Shown piece after piece: positions 63,893-64,000 of a stretch of DNA of 64,000 bases; within the stretch, counting starts at the first letter, position 1, and each line of letters begins with the position of its first letter. The DNA comes from Takakia lepidozioides (Eukaryota; Plantae; Bryophyta), in assembly GCA_030704615.1 (NCBI GenBank), contig CM060734.1, positions 39,370,001-39,434,000 on the forward strand, given 5' to 3'. The translations under genes and the position numbers were made by a program. The notes beneath the pieces are model-generated. The model was given only the letters and a program-made list of their open reading frames with translations. It did not search any database and was not told where the DNA came from.

Positions 63893-64000
63893 CTGGACCT
63901 CTATCCCTAGTCCTTCAGCTATCCCTGCCTGTGAACAAATCATGAATACATCCTCAGCCTTGCTGCTAGCAGCTGACACTGACGGCGTGAAGTTCTTCCA

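Overview
Land-plant nuclear DNA, most likely a bryophyte or moss. This is inferred from spliceosomal introns, a KP4-like gene, a PLS-DYW PPR gene and the Ty3/gypsy types present. Genes that look functional are a head-to-head pair (mitochondrial-type ribosomal protein uL30 and tubulin chaperone A) and a single-exon BKI1/MAKR-like gene. At the right edge is a PLS-class PPR-E-DYW gene whose upstream exons encode at least two OSB-type 'PDF' ssDNA-binding motifs; it carries two compensating frameshifts. Most of the rest is mobile or decayed DNA: a complete Ulp1-protease-carrying Mutator element, tRNA-derived SINEs, LINE remnants, a chromoviral Ty3/gypsy, an intronless kinase pseudogene flanked by hairpin arrays, a hAT MITE, PDF-PPR pseudogene fragments and KP4 killer-toxin-like pseudogenes. 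The two most striking observations are these. (1) An 8.8-kb Ty3/gypsy element with a DDE integrase and PHD finger has split or permuted terminal repeats (B-internal-A-GC-B-A in sense orientation), a palindromic end-to-end junction, a 4-bp TSD and a self-complementary primer site. (2) PDF motifs are fused to a PPR-DYW deaminase. All calls come from reading the sequence by eye; no searches were run.
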